A stretch of DNA of 64,000 nt from Eledone cirrhosa. Taxonomy: Eukaryota. Made by a program: the position numbers and the translations under genes. Where the stretch lies: the NCBI GenBank assembly GCA_964016885.1, contig OZ024740.1, positions 84,940,001 to 85,004,000 of the forward strand, given 5' to 3'. The notes below the pieces were generated by a model, which made no database searches, had not been told where the DNA came from, and saw only the letters and a list, made by a program, of their open reading frames with translations. Position 1 is the stretch's first letter, and each line of letters starts with the position of its first letter. This document shows, one piece after another, positions 43,890 to 57,360 of the stretch.

Positions 43890-46040
43890 TCCACCACTAA
43901 CCTCATTACCACTAACCTTACCACGACCACCACCACCACCATCACAATTACCACCATCATCACCACCAACAACCACTAGCGCCACCACCACCACCACCAT
44001 CACCACCACAACCACCACCATTTCAATCGCCACCACCATCACCATCACCATCACCACGACCATCACCAGCACCACCACCATCACAACGACCACCATCACA
44101 ACAACCACCACCGCCACCAGCACCACCACAACCATCACCACAGCCACCATCACCACCATCACCACCATCACCACCACAACCACCACCACCACCACCATCA
44201 CAACCACAACTACTACCACAGCCACCATCATCACCAACACCACCACCACCACAACAACAACAATCACCACAACCACCATAACCACCACCATCAGCACCAC
44301 CATCATCATCAACACCGCCACTACCACCATCATCACCACCATTACAATCACCACCACCATCATCACCATCACAAACATCATCACCATCACCACCACCATC
44401 ATCAACACTGCCACGACCACCATTACAATCGCCACCACTATCATCACCATCACAAACATCATCACCATCACCACCATCACCATCACCATCATCCTGATCA
44501 CCCGCATCACCACAATCATCATTACAACCACCATCACCACCACCACAATAACAACCACAACTACCACCACCACCACCACCATCATCATCACCATTACCAC
44601 TACCATCACAACAACCACCACCACCACAACCATCACCACAACCAGAACCATCACCGCCACTGCTGCCACCAGTCACCATTACCACAACCAACACCACCAC
44701 CACAACTATCGCCACAACCAACAACACCACCACAACCATCACCACAACCATCACTACCACCACCACCACCACAACCACCATCACAACCAACCACCACAAC
44801 CAACCACCACAACCATCACCACAACCACAACCATCACTACCACAACCAACACCACCACCACAACCATCACTACAACCAACAACACCACCACAACCATCAC
44901 CACAACCACAACCATCACTACCACCACCACCACCACAACCACCACCACCACAACCACAACCACCACCACCACAACCACAACCATCACCACAACCAACACC
45001 ACCACAACCACAACCATCACTACCACCACCACAGTCACCATTACCACAACCATCACCATAACCAACACCACCACAACCACAACCATCACCACAGTCACCA
45101 TTGCCACAACCAACATATCCACAACCATCACCACAACCACAACCATCACTACCACCACTACTACCACACCACCATCACAACAACAACCACCACCACAACC
45201 GTCACTACAACCACAACCATCACCACAACCACCACCACCACCACAACCATCACTACCACCACCACCACCACACCACTATCACCACAACCAACACCACCAC
45301 AACCATCACCACAACCAACACCACCACAACCATCACCACAACCACAACCATCACCACAACCAACACCACCACAATCATCACCACAACCACCACCAATCAC
45401 CACAACCAACACCACCACAACCATCACCACAACCACAACCATCACCACAACCAACACCACAACCACAACCATCACCACAACCAACACCACCACAACCATC
45501 TCCACAACCACAACCATCACCACAACCAACACCACCACAATCATCACCACAACCACCACCAATCACCACAGCCAACACCACCACAACCATCACCACAACC
45601 ACAACCATCACCACAACCAACACCACAACCACAACCATCACCACAACCAACACCACCACAACCATCTCCACAACCACAACCATCACCACAACCAGCACCA
45701 CCACAATCATCACCACAACCACCACCAATCACCACAGCCAACACCACCACAACCATCACCACAACCACAACCATCACCACAACCAACACCACAACCACAG
45801 CCATCACCACAACCAACACCACCACAACCATCTCCACAACCACAACCATCACCACAACCAACACCACCACAATCATTACCACAACCACAACCATCACCAC
45901 AACCAACACCACCACAATCATCACCACAACCACCACCAATCACCACAACCAACACCACCACAACCATCACCACAACCACAAACATCACTACCGCCACCAC
46001 AACCATCACCACAGTGACCATTGCCACAACTACTATAATA
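43890..46040. repeat. ACC/ATC/ACA trinucleotide-derived low-complexity array with higher-order units
   Basis: Directly visible; recurrent ~165-210 bp blocks at 45280-45960. Confidence 0.9.
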
Positions 46041-46689
46041 ATCATATACGTAGCCGATTTCCCTGAATTTTACGAAGCTTTGAGAGGATAAAGTTAATAT
46101 AAAGAGTGGTGTGCTCACACGCGGATATGATATAAAATAACTTATAAAATAGAGTGAAGTCCCTATGAGTCTGAAACAGATGTTGGCACCAGAAGGGAAA
46201 CTGTCGAAACAAATGCCGCAAAGCAAATTGTTCGGCAACTCTAACGATTTTGCCAATCTACAGTAACAGCAACAAAAACAACTACTTAGTAATTCTTAAT
46301 ACATATTTATGAGAATACGAACTTTGTGCGACTATTTCTGTTTAGTTATTGTTTTCACCTTGTGTGTGTGTGTGTGTGTGTGCCTTGGATTTCGACGAGT
46401 TTCAGTTATATGGTCACCAGAATAGCCTGCTCATGAAATCATCGTGCAAGTGGTTGAGCATTCCACTGACACATGCACCCACCACATAGTTTTAAGGGAG
46501 ATTCAACGTGACATAAGGTGCGACATGGCTAACCCTTTCAATTACAGGTACAACACATTCTTTCTAGCCAAGTGGGCTGGAGTAACATGAAATAAAGTGT
46601 CTTGCTCAAGGAGACAACGCTTTGCCGGAAATCGAAATCATGGCCTTCAATTTTACCCTGTAATTTCCTATAGAAACTAGTCTAAAGTG

Positions 46690-46967
46690 TGTCTCGAGCC
46701 CAGAGGATCATCAGGCCAGTGCTTATCCTGGTTTTCGTGGTGTGAAGCGGCTAAAAGTAGAAGACTTCCCCCTGAACAGGACGCCAGCCCATCACAGGGT
46801 TATTCTTCCCAGCTACTGCTGGTACTCATTTTTTTTTTCCAGCTAAGTATACTGGAGCAACGTAAAATTAAATATTATGCTCAAGAACACAACACACAAC
46901 CCTGTCCAGAAATCGAACCCACGACATTATGATCGTAAGTCTAACACGTTTACCACTAGGCCACATA
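46690..46967 (-). mobile_element. tRNA-derived CORE-type SINE (different 3' part)
   Basis: Minus strand: TGGCCTAGTGG A box, GGTTCGATTTCT B box and CORE-like TTCTTGAGCATAATATTTAA. Confidence 0.6.
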
Positions 46968-47530
46968 CAACAAATAGCAGCTGAAAAAATAACAAAGAGC
47001 ATTCATCTGCCCTGTTAAGCCTACCCACCTGCTCCCTAACCCCCACATAAAACAACTATGGGATCTGTTCTTTAAAGGGTTCTCTTACACGCAAGCCTTT
47101 TGTAGATAGGGACTTTGGCACGGAAACATCCTAAGAATTTCTGGGACAAGAGAAGTCTCTAAACTGTTGATTCTCTTATTACACTAGTGGTGAAGGGGAA
47201 AGATGGTGGCTTAATGATTTAAATTTTGATGGTGGGGTGGTGGTTGTTCTCTTCGGGCAGAGAAACAAATTCTTAAGAAGTTTTCACAACAGATTAAAGT
47301 TCTGTTATTTTAATAAATACTTGCTCTAGGGTTCTTATATATTTGATATATATTTATCCTTATCGAGCCCTCTTTGGATTTTAGGCTTCACATTTATTAT
47401 TATTTTGTTATATAACTTTTTATAAGGTCACAAAATTTGCTTTCGGAAAAGGACACTCAAAAAGATTGGGGCCTTGAGCCCAAAATTTAAACTTTTATAA
47501 TTGTCAAACAAAAATTTCTTTGAAAAAATC

Positions 47531-50500
47531 ATGGACCTCTCACAGTCACACCTTCCTCACAAACTAATACCTCACACCGACACCACCATTGTAAATTTTA
47601 CTACGTTTGCCAACACTAAAAATATAAGCAGTAGCAATAATTTAAATTTGTCTCATGCAGACATTCATTTCCCGCCATTTCCAATGACTGAAGGTGTTGA
47701 AGCCGCCACCCACCACCACCACCACAGCGACAACAGAAACAAAAGAAAAAAATAAATTATCTCGTGACATCGAAATGGATTCACCCAGAATGGACTCTTC
47801 CACACCGAACACCAATGACGCCACCACCACCACAACTGAAACTAAAAATAACAATAACAACAACAGCAACAACAACAATGAGAATAACATCGTGTCATTT
47901 GCGAAGGCAGCCAAAAAGTGCGAAACAATCCAGGTAACTCAGGAGGAATTAGATGAAGCCAAGAGAATGGTAAAGAAAGATGGGTACAGGGTCAGCCCCC
48001 TCCCCCAAATAAAATGGACCATCGGCGCCTATGCACTGTGTCTTATCGGACGATTAACATAAAATCGCGCCGAGTGGAACGGGCATCCGAGTCCCAAATC
48101 CCAAAAGCTTTGAGACATGTGTGGGCAAAAAAAACCCCACATCAGACGTGGGCAGAAATATGGAACCGTGGACGTGTTCTTTGGAACACCACAGGAGGCC
48201 AGAGAACACTCCATGGCCCCATTAAGAAGTGACGACTTCACACTCGTCCCAAACTATTGTGGCCAGAGACTCGTGAAGATCAGGGTGACCCATGTTCCAC
48301 CGGCCAGCGAAATTCCCTGGCTAATGGCTGCCGTTCTCGCCGGCATCGAGGCTAACACCAAGATAATCGAAAGAGCGAAAGAAAAGCAGGAGAACTGGGA
48401 TGGAGCTCCTGATCCAAGCGGACCAAAAAAGCATTGAGGAGATCCCAGAGGTAATAGACCTCACTGACGGCAGCCATCTCACCGTAATCGTCGAGGGTAG
48501 AAGGCCTAGGTGTGTCGTTTGTGGTGAAGGAACCCACCTAAGGGCTTTCTGCCCTCAGGCTAAAAGGTTGAGGCCACCTCTCTTACCCACCCCAGTGACT
48601 CAACCATCAACACCACCAGCAGCAGAAATGGCAGCAACAACAGAAGCAACTGGAACAGCAAAAACCCCAGCAACAGTAGCAAAACCAACACCACCACCAC
48701 CCAACGCGCCAGAACTAGCACCAGCGCCTACACCATCCACCACGCCACAACCAAAACCAACGCCTGTGGAGGATTTTCTACTCCCCGACCTATCGCAACT
48801 GGAAACAGATTGTGACAACGAGGAGTGGGAAACGGTATCAGGAAAAAAGAAAAAAAGAAAAAGAAGCCAAAAAAGAAAAAAATCCTCTTCCTTCCCTCTC
48901 CAAAAACAAAATACAGAGGGAAACAAATAAACTATCAAACAAAAAAGTTAGGACAGCTATGCCACCATCCACACCAGCCTCACCAACCCCATCACCACAA
49001 ACACCAACACCATCACCATCATTAATCCCAACACCACCATCACCTACACCACAAAAGTCACCAAAAAGCGAAACAGAAACAAACCCACAACAAACGCAAA
49101 CAAAACAAAACAACCAAAACGATACACACTACACAGCATTAAATTTGAACAACAAGCAATTTTTACACTACATCCAACACAACACCAGCATCACAGAAAA
49201 AGACTACAAAACACCCCAAAAGTTCACACCACCTCCACACATACAAATCACTCGCATCACACAGAAAACGTACACAACACTAAAACAAAAATTCCCCAAA
49301 GACATCGGAGACTTCCGACAAACACTCTCCAGGAGGATTTATAAAGACATCCTTCCGGAGGAGGCCACAAGCAGTGAAAAGGATGGAGAAACCATCCTTC
49401 CTCTACGAGAAGTAAGGTAAGTGGTCTTTCCCATCTTTTCCACTCCATTTCAACATGACCTCACTCAGAATAGGCAGCATAAATGCGCGTGGCTTGGGGT
49501 CGTCATGGAAGCAGGGCTACCTGCTCAACGACCTCAGGTCACTAAACATAGATGTAGTGGCCATCAGCGAGACCAGAATCTCCGAAGCACGGGCCTTCGC
49601 ATCGATCTTCGGCGGCTACGATGTGTACGCATCTCCCAGCCGTCCTGGATCGGGGGGGGGGGAGGAGTTGCTGTGATTTTTCGGAGAGGTTTGGATCTCG
49701 CCATACGGGCCATCTTGCTGAACCCAGAAGGTAAGTTGGTGGTGCTGGACGTGACCAGCGGAGACGGGCAAGCTTTCAGGCTAGTGGCCGTCTATGCCCC
49801 GACAGGAGCAGGGCGGCCTAATTTCTTCCGGCGTCTGGAGACCTTTCTTGGAACGTTCCGCTCGTTAGTGTTAGTGGGCGACTGGAATGGGATCTTAGAT
49901 GCACGCTGGGACTGTGTGGGATTAGCGAATAGGGGAGGAGGGTGCAAGAGCCTCACCAACCTGCTCAGGCGTTTTGAACTGTCTGACAGGTACCGATTCG
50001 ATTTCCCGAATGTGCCAATGTGGACTTGGACAAACCGCATAGGGTCATCCAGATAGAGTATTTTGTAAGGAAATAGATAGGTCTAGCATAGGCTGTCCAC
50101 AATTCAAGATAGTCAGTTACACGGACCACAAATTCGTGATCTGTGTGCTTGACTTAGATCGGCTTCATAGACGAGGAACCGGCTACTGGAAGCTAAACGC
50201 GTGCTTACCAGCGCACAAGGTCTACAGAGACCGGATTAGCAAACTAGTTAAGCGGGCGTTGACGGGGGCCATCGTCAACAACAAGTGGTGGTTTGCTCTG
50301 AAAAGAGCGATTAGAATAGAGTCCATTAGTTTTAGTAAGGCTTTAGCAATAGAGAAAAATAGAGCAGAGGGAGAACTAGTTAGAAAATTAGACGAGGCGC
50401 TTAGCAAAGGCATCGCGACCGACGTACTTGCGGCGAAATTGGCTCTTGACCAATTCTTCAATGCAAAGCACGAAGGCTGCGTCGTCAGAGCTAGGGCGCG

Positions 50501-52970
50501 TGTTCTCAGACACGAGGGGACGAAAGCCGTTCAATGGGCCCGAGTGACAGAGGCGCGTCGTGGCAACAAAGCCACAATCCCGGGTAAATGTGTGAAGCTT
50601 TTCAGCGACACTTCGCTCAGCTGTTCGAGGGCAGCGGCGGGCCGGATCGAGGGATGAACTTTAGTGTCTACCTCGACGGACTGCCGCGGCTCTAGGCCAC
50701 TGAGGCGGAGTGTTGCGAACAGCCGATAACAGCCGTTGAAGTACGGGAGGCAATGACTGGGTGCACAAGGGGTAAATCGCCTGGTTTGGATGGTCTGCCC
50801 TATGAACTTTACGTACAGATGCCAGATTTGTTCGGAGGCCTCTTGGCGGACGTCTACTGCAACTGGCAACAGAACGGGAGAATTCCCAGCTTTCTGAGCC
50901 GAGGAGCTGTGGCGCTGCTGAGAAAGGATCCGAACAAGGTGGATAACATAGATAATTTCAGGCCCATAACTCTTCTAAACACAGAGTTCAAGATTTTGGC
51001 GAAGGTGCTAGCAAAGAGGTTGGCGCTTGTCGTTGGTGGTCTGGTAGGAGAGGCGCAGACATGCGCCATTCCCGACAGATCCATCCACAACAACCTCCAC
51101 CTCATGCGATACATCGTAGAGAGGGTAGCTAGGGAACCTGGCACGAGTGGGTCCTTGATCAATTTAGATCATTCGAAAGCTTTCGATAGGGTCGACCATC
51201 GTTACCTAGTGGCAGTCCTGAGGGCGGCTAGCTTTGGGCCCGTCTTCAGAGGCTGGATCGCTGCCATCCACAGCAACATCTGCTCTGTGGTGAGAGTGAA
51301 CGGTCACCTTTCGGAACGGTCACATTACTGCACAAACTGGAGACGTTGAGGGGGATCCTGCGCAAACTAGGATGCGGAAGATCCGTTTCAGCATATGCGG
51401 ACGATGTCACCGCAGTGGTGTCGAACACCAAACACATCGAGGCGATCGGCACTACACTAAGAGAATACGAAGCGGTGACAGGAGCGATGATCAACCAGGA
51501 AAAGTCAGTGGGCCTGCAGCTCGGCACCTGGAGAGGCAGGTCCATGCCCTCCAACAGCGTCTTCGGGCGCTGGACGGACGGACCGGTTAAATTGGTAGGG
51601 GTCTGGTTCGGTCCGGACCTCCAGACGGACAAAAACTGGGACGAGGTGACGAGCAGGGTGGCTTCTCTCACCCAGAAATGGGCGGAGATGAAGCTATCCC
51701 TGAAAGGTCGAGCGGAGGTGGCTAACGCGTACATCGCGTCCGTCATCTACTACCGCCTGACCGTCGTACCTTGTCCTAAGCCCCGCCTGACTGCGCTGGA
51801 GCGTTTGCTCTTTCGCTTTTTGTGGAAGGGACGCGCTCCGATGGTCAGGCGGTCCATCTGCTGTCAACACCCGCTACGTGGAGGGCTGGGATGCCGTGGC
51901 TGATGATGCGCAAACACGCGCTCAGGCTACGACATCTCCACCCCTTCCTCGACGGTGATCAGGTGTGGTCGCCGTTTGCTAGACGCGTCTTTCCCCAGCT
52001 CGTCTCCTTGATGGAGCTGCAGTCCTGGGTCAAGCGAAGACCGAGAGGGAGCGCTTGGAGACTGGAATGTCTTCAGGCGCTCACAGCCCTCGACCAATAG
52101 AGGATTAGTGGAGGGGAAGAGCGACGACGTACTTGGGGAAACTCTAGGCGTCGATGAAAATTAACTAGCCAATCTCTTCGGAAGAACTTTCGGGCCGGGG
52201 CCTCTGGACAACTTCCAGAAATCCCTGGCCTGGCAGTGCTACCGAGGAGCTTTGCCAGTTCGGGATAAACTCTACAGGCATGGAGGTGCCGTCAGCCGGG
52301 CATGTCCGAGATGCGCGCAGGGCGACGAAACCGTCCTGCACGCACTCGTCCAGTGTCCGAGCATTGCTGACTTGTCGGTTTATGTCGAACACCTGCTGTC
52401 GTGTGTAGGACGGATCCAGCTATCAGCTGAGTCCATCGTGAGGATTGCGCCGCGCTCTTCCTTTAGCCGGGAAGGGCAGGCTGTTTTTATCTGTCTGGTG
52501 GCCATGGCGAAAGAGATAGTATGGTGGACACGTTTGAAAGGGCTGAAGACGAGCACTTACCTCTTCGGTGATGCCCTGATTAACTTTTGCAAATTGCATT
52601 TGAAAAAGAAAATTAGAGTAGAGAGGGAAGTGCTCTCTTCCCAGCATTTTGTTGAAAGATGGGTGAGAGAGGCAAGAATGGCCCGAGTGAATGGGCCTAT
52701 TCTGAGTATGTGTCTGTAAATTAAAGGTGGAAAACTGGGAGAGGGCACTTGCCCTGGTGGTCAGGGTCACTGTGGCTTTTTAATGGGCTTTCTCCACGAA
52801 TGTCCCTCGGAAGTCTCCCCCGTATTGGGGAATTTTTCATTGTTACTTTTTTGTTACATCCTCTGTTTTTTTTTTTACACGCAGAAATGCCCATTTGTAC
52901 CGTCCTGTATTGTCCTGTACTGACCTTTATGTCTACTTTATGTAAACCCTTGTAGTTAATAAAGAAAGCA
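47531..52970 (+). mobile_element. Near full-length Tx1/L1-group LINE, frameshifted
   Basis: ORF1 has a CCHC knuckle (CVVCGEGTHLRAFC) and a Pro/Thr-rich tract. ORF2 starts at 49455 with APE (GSINARGL, ISET, VYAP, LVGDWN, TDH), RT (KSPGLDGLPYE, NFRPITLLN, DHSKAFDRVDH, YADD) and a C-terminal CPRC..DETVLHALVQC. AATAAA at 52958-52963. The 5' boundary is uncertain. Confidence 0.92.
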
Positions 52971-53039
52971 TAATGCACTGGGTAATTGCTGGCCTTGTGC
53001 CTAAAGTAGAAACAATTATTATTATTATTATTATTATTG

Positions 53040-53107
<68 letters not shown>

Positions 53108-53454
53108 TCAATGAAAAAGAATTAGTTGATTTAGAATCAGCTGACTTATATATAACAGATTTCAAGCACTCAACGATATATGTTTAACCGGAGTTTTATA
53201 ATAATAATTGTTTCTACTTTTGGCACAAGGCCAGCAATTACTCCAGTGTATTACTGGTACTTTATTTTATCGACCCAGTAAGGATGAAAGGCAAAGTTAA
53301 CCTCGGCAGGATTTGAACTCAGTCCATAAAGGGCCGTAACTCTTTGCTGCAAAGCATGGCGTCCGACCCTCTACAATAAATTGGGATGGTCTAAACTTAG
53401 ACTCTAAAGTAACTGTCTTTCGTTTATTACAAATAAATAAATAAATAAATATAT

Positions 53455-53665
53455 ATAGGAAAATGTATTATGACCCCGACGGCAGAGCTCAAGCCGTTTC
53501 GACGGCTATTTCTGGACTGAAATAGAGTCCAGAAATAGCCGTCGAAAGGGCTTGAGCTCTGCCGTCGGGGTCATACATTTTCCTATTACCCACTCTACTA
53601 CCCTAAGTATTGAGTACTCTGGTGCGTTATGGTTCATCTGGTTCCTTACCACAACTCTTTCGTTA
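53455..53665 (+). mobile_element. Second foldback copy of half-HHR element
   Basis: Arms 53455-53518 and 53526-53585 with a 7-nt loop; same family as 43197-43397. Confidence 0.75.
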
Positions 53666-53674
53666 TATATATAC

Positions 53675-53746
<72 letters not shown>

Positions 53747-53822
53747 TTTAGTGTATGTACACTCCATATTCTTCGGAGTTTCCGGCTTGTATTGGCCGAT
53801 AATACTTCTTGTTGTTTTAATT

Positions 53823-53860
53823 GCCCTGATGAGTCCTTAATAGGACGAAACATTGTCGGC
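53823..53860 (+). ncRNA. Minimal type I hammerhead ribozyme (PLE type)
   Basis: GCC-CTGATGA-GTCCT-taat-AGGAC-GAAA-CATTG-TC-GGC followed by AATAAA, within a ~165-bp island between (TA)n tracts. Confidence 0.88.
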
Positions 53861-53905
53861 TAATAAAGACTTTTGATGTATTGAAGGCTTCTTTGTTTTA
53901 CTTTC

Positions 53906-53946
<41 letters not shown>

Positions 53947-54429
53947 TCACACACACACATATTTATACACACACACATATATTTATACACACGTATACAT
54001 AAGTCTACCATCCAAATAGATCACAGAACGTAAGGAGCTGGAACAAATACCGCAAGACATCTAGTCTGACGCATTTATAGTGACTTTCATGGTACTACTT
54101 GCCAGTCGTTCACGTTTGGGAGCTGGCTGCAATATTTGCTTGATATATCTAATAATTAAACATTTTTCTTTTGGTACTTTTGAAGGAAACAAAGATTTGA
54201 GTGATCCCATTGAATGTTTCGAGGCCTTTGCTCATGGAATCTGTACCGGTTTGGCATGAGGGGCGGGGGGGGGGGATTATGAACAGAGGATTAGGGAGTA
54301 ATTATTGTTTCTAAATTTGGCACAATGCCAGCAATATTTGAAGGGAAGGTGAAAGTCTATTAAATCGTCCCCTAGGGCTAATCTGGACGGGATTTGAACT
54401 CAGAATGTAAAGGGACGTAACGGAATAAT

Positions 54430-54940
54430 AATGAATGGTATCCTTTTCGTAGTAGTAGGCGTTGATTGGTGAAGGTGACGACAAGTAGGTCGATTATGTA
54501 TTAGAGGAAGAGAACGTTGGGACACAGAGTAGATAGGACATGGGACACATGCTGCGATGGTGCAATCTGATTAGAAGTCACCAACCAAAAAGATGGGAAT
54601 CTATCAGAACCCACAGGTAGCTAATTTCACCGAGGGAATTGCGTATAGATACGGTCAAACGTTTTGCTGGTACGAAGTCAAGACAGCACAGTTTTCATAC
54701 GATTTCTCTTGGGTGAGGAGAGCTCACTGGTGAGCGATATATGATAGTATGTCTCCGGTGGATATGGCTTTATGAAAGCCATACTGGTGGTCAGGAAGGA
54801 GAGAAGGAGATTCAATATGTTAGAAAAGATTGTTTATGGGTGTCATTTTTGTTTTAACATTTGAGACATAGGCAGTGGTAGAGGACTTGCTCTTTTGGGG
54901 GATGGAGCATTGTAATGTGCTTCCAAAGATCAGGATATAT

Positions 54941-55021
<81 letters not shown>

Positions 55022-55735
55022 CGTATTTTGTGAGTATAGTGGCTGACGTTGGTGTGTATTATTTTGGGAGTAATGATGGGATGTAATCTGGACCGATAGT
55101 TGAGTTTCTGTGATTGATAAGGAACGGGAATGAGTATTATGAAAAGCTAATAGAATTCTTGGGCATAGGACCAAAAAATCGGCTGAAATTTTGGAGGCGT
55201 GAGGGTTTGAGGGCTGTGTGGTCCATAGAAACTTCTCTTCGTGCTTTGGATGATGGTTTTCTTGAAGGAGTTGCAGGATTGGTCAAAAGCCGTCCAGTTT
55301 GTAGGAGTTTGTGACTTGTGGTGCTGGGTAAAAGCCGACCATTTGTAATGGTGGTTGACTTACATTACAACTCGTTATCGTTGTTTTATAGTAATCTCCT
55401 CCACACTTTACGTTACTTTTCCCTTAAACCTCGTAGTGGTGGGGAAACTGTATGGCGGAGCAGTGAACCACCGTTCTCTCTCTCCTTCTCTGTTGCAAGT
55501 CAGGACATGGACTGTTACGAAGTTTTTACCAGTTCATTCCTTGGTAATAACTACCAATTTCTTCTTTGGGCGTATTTGCCTCATTTTCCCCTGGAGGATG
55601 ATCTTGGTCAATCCGCCAGACTGTGCCACGTAACTACCATTTCAATGTTCTTTTCTTTACGGTGGGTTAGCAGGTCTTTGCAGTTGCCCACAAGTCTGAT
55701 TGTCGCGCGAATGCTTTCGTTGCTTATATGTTCTG
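54430..55735 (-). mobile_element. Highly decayed CR1/L2/Jockey-group LINE RT region
   Basis: The minus strand yields remnants resembling SKTFDRI, KL...GF and LSTLCP.LFL.YI.DLL; interrupted by (AG)n. Confidence 0.55.
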
Positions 55736-57059
55736 AATGGCAGAGTCGTTAGAATGTATTCGTTTCGGCTCTCTGAGTTCAAATCCTGTCGAGGTCAATT
55801 TTACCTTTCATCTATTCAAGGTCGATAAAAAAAAGTACCAGTCTAATACTGGGTCGATTCTTCCTCTATATATATCTTTCTCACTTCCCTTCTCTGGAAG
55901 AAATTTGCTGTGTTCAGACATTGAGAGGAAATTGGCTGCGCCAGGTTTAAAATGCCCAAGAAACGCTGTATGTTAATGCAGCACCCCTAGGGCTCCCTCG
56001 TGAGTTACTGGACCATGATCTTTTTGTAGCATCTCATTTTCATAAGAATAGTGAATTTAATATCGTTTGTTATCGCAGTTATAAATCCTCCACCGTATTA
56101 TTCCCCTCGCCCACCATTTCACTATACTGCAGCGACTAAAGCACTTCTTCAAATTTAGTTCTAAAGAGGTCAAAGTTTAGTCAGCAGAAATTAGGCGCAA
56201 TTCAATCATTGGGGGATTATTAAATGACTAAATGATTTGTTAAAAGACTAAGAAAAATATCTAATGCAATTAATTTATGAAAATATTAATTAAATCCGTG
56301 TTCGTGTCAATACTGGGTTATCGTTTGTATATATAGTGGATAAAGAGTAGGAAATACAGAAAGATAAAGTGGGAAGCAGGAGAGATAGAAATGTGTAAGA
56401 GAGACAGAATGAATGAGAAAGTGAGAAAGAAGACAGCGAAAGTTGAATATGAGAGAGGGATGGAAGATGTAAGAAGGTGAATTCTGAATAGAGAGAAAAA
56501 AGTGAGAAAGAGAAAGTGAACTGCTTTAGAGAGAGACCAGTGAGAGAAATTTAGTGTTAAAAAGGTGCTAAAATTAGTGAGTTGTATATTAGTGAGCGAG
56601 AGATAGAGAGAGTGAGACGACATACATAGAAAGAAAAACAAGAAAAAGCAAAAAAGAAACGACTAGTAAGTTTGTGTGAGGTGTGTGGTGTGTGTGTGAG
56701 AGAGAGAGAGAGAAGGATTTTGAAGTAGACATAAGAAAAAAAAAACGAGAGTAAGTTTGGTGGCGGGAGATATAGTGAAAGAAACAAAAGAGAAAATAAC
56801 TGAAGAGGATAGAATAACGTGTGAAGAAAAGAAAACAGATGGAAAGTGAGAGAAAGAAAGTCTGTGGAATTGGTATTAGTGTGAGTTGTGGCAAAGACAG
56901 AGTAAAGCAGAGCAAAAGAAGGAGTAAGAGTAGATTAGTAGAGAGTTGGTAACAGTAAGAGAGGGGGAGTGTGTGTCGAGGAGAAACTATAGGAGAAAGA
57001 TGTGTGTGTATTGAGAGAGAAGGATGAAATAAAGAGAGAAAGAAGAGCCAATTGAGAGA

Positions 57060-57360
57060 GAAAGAGAGGAGTGCGTATATAGAGAGAGGGTATGAGAAAA
57101 AGAGAGAAATGCTTATATATAGAGAAGGTATGAGAGAAAGAGAGTGAGATGCGCATATAGCGAGAGAGAAGGTATGAGAGAAAGAGAGTGAGATGCGCAT
57201 ATAGCGAGAGAGAAGGTATGAGAGAAAGAGAGTGAGATGCGCATATAGCGAGAGAGAAGGTATGAGAGAAAGAGGGTGAAGTGTGCGTATAGAGAGAGAA
57301 GGTATGAGAGAAAGAGGGTGAAGTGTGCGTATAGAGAGAGAAGGTAAGAGAAAAAGAGAA
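57060..57360. repeat. ~40-bp AG-rich minisatellite
   Basis: AGAGAGAAGGTATGAGAGAAAGAGAGTGAGATGCGCATATAG units. Confidence 0.85.

Noticed and set aside
43787-46256. Long Val/Met-, Gly/Asp- and His/Thr-rich ORFs
   Set aside because: They are translations of a stop-poor trinucleotide array in several frames, with no splice or domain support.
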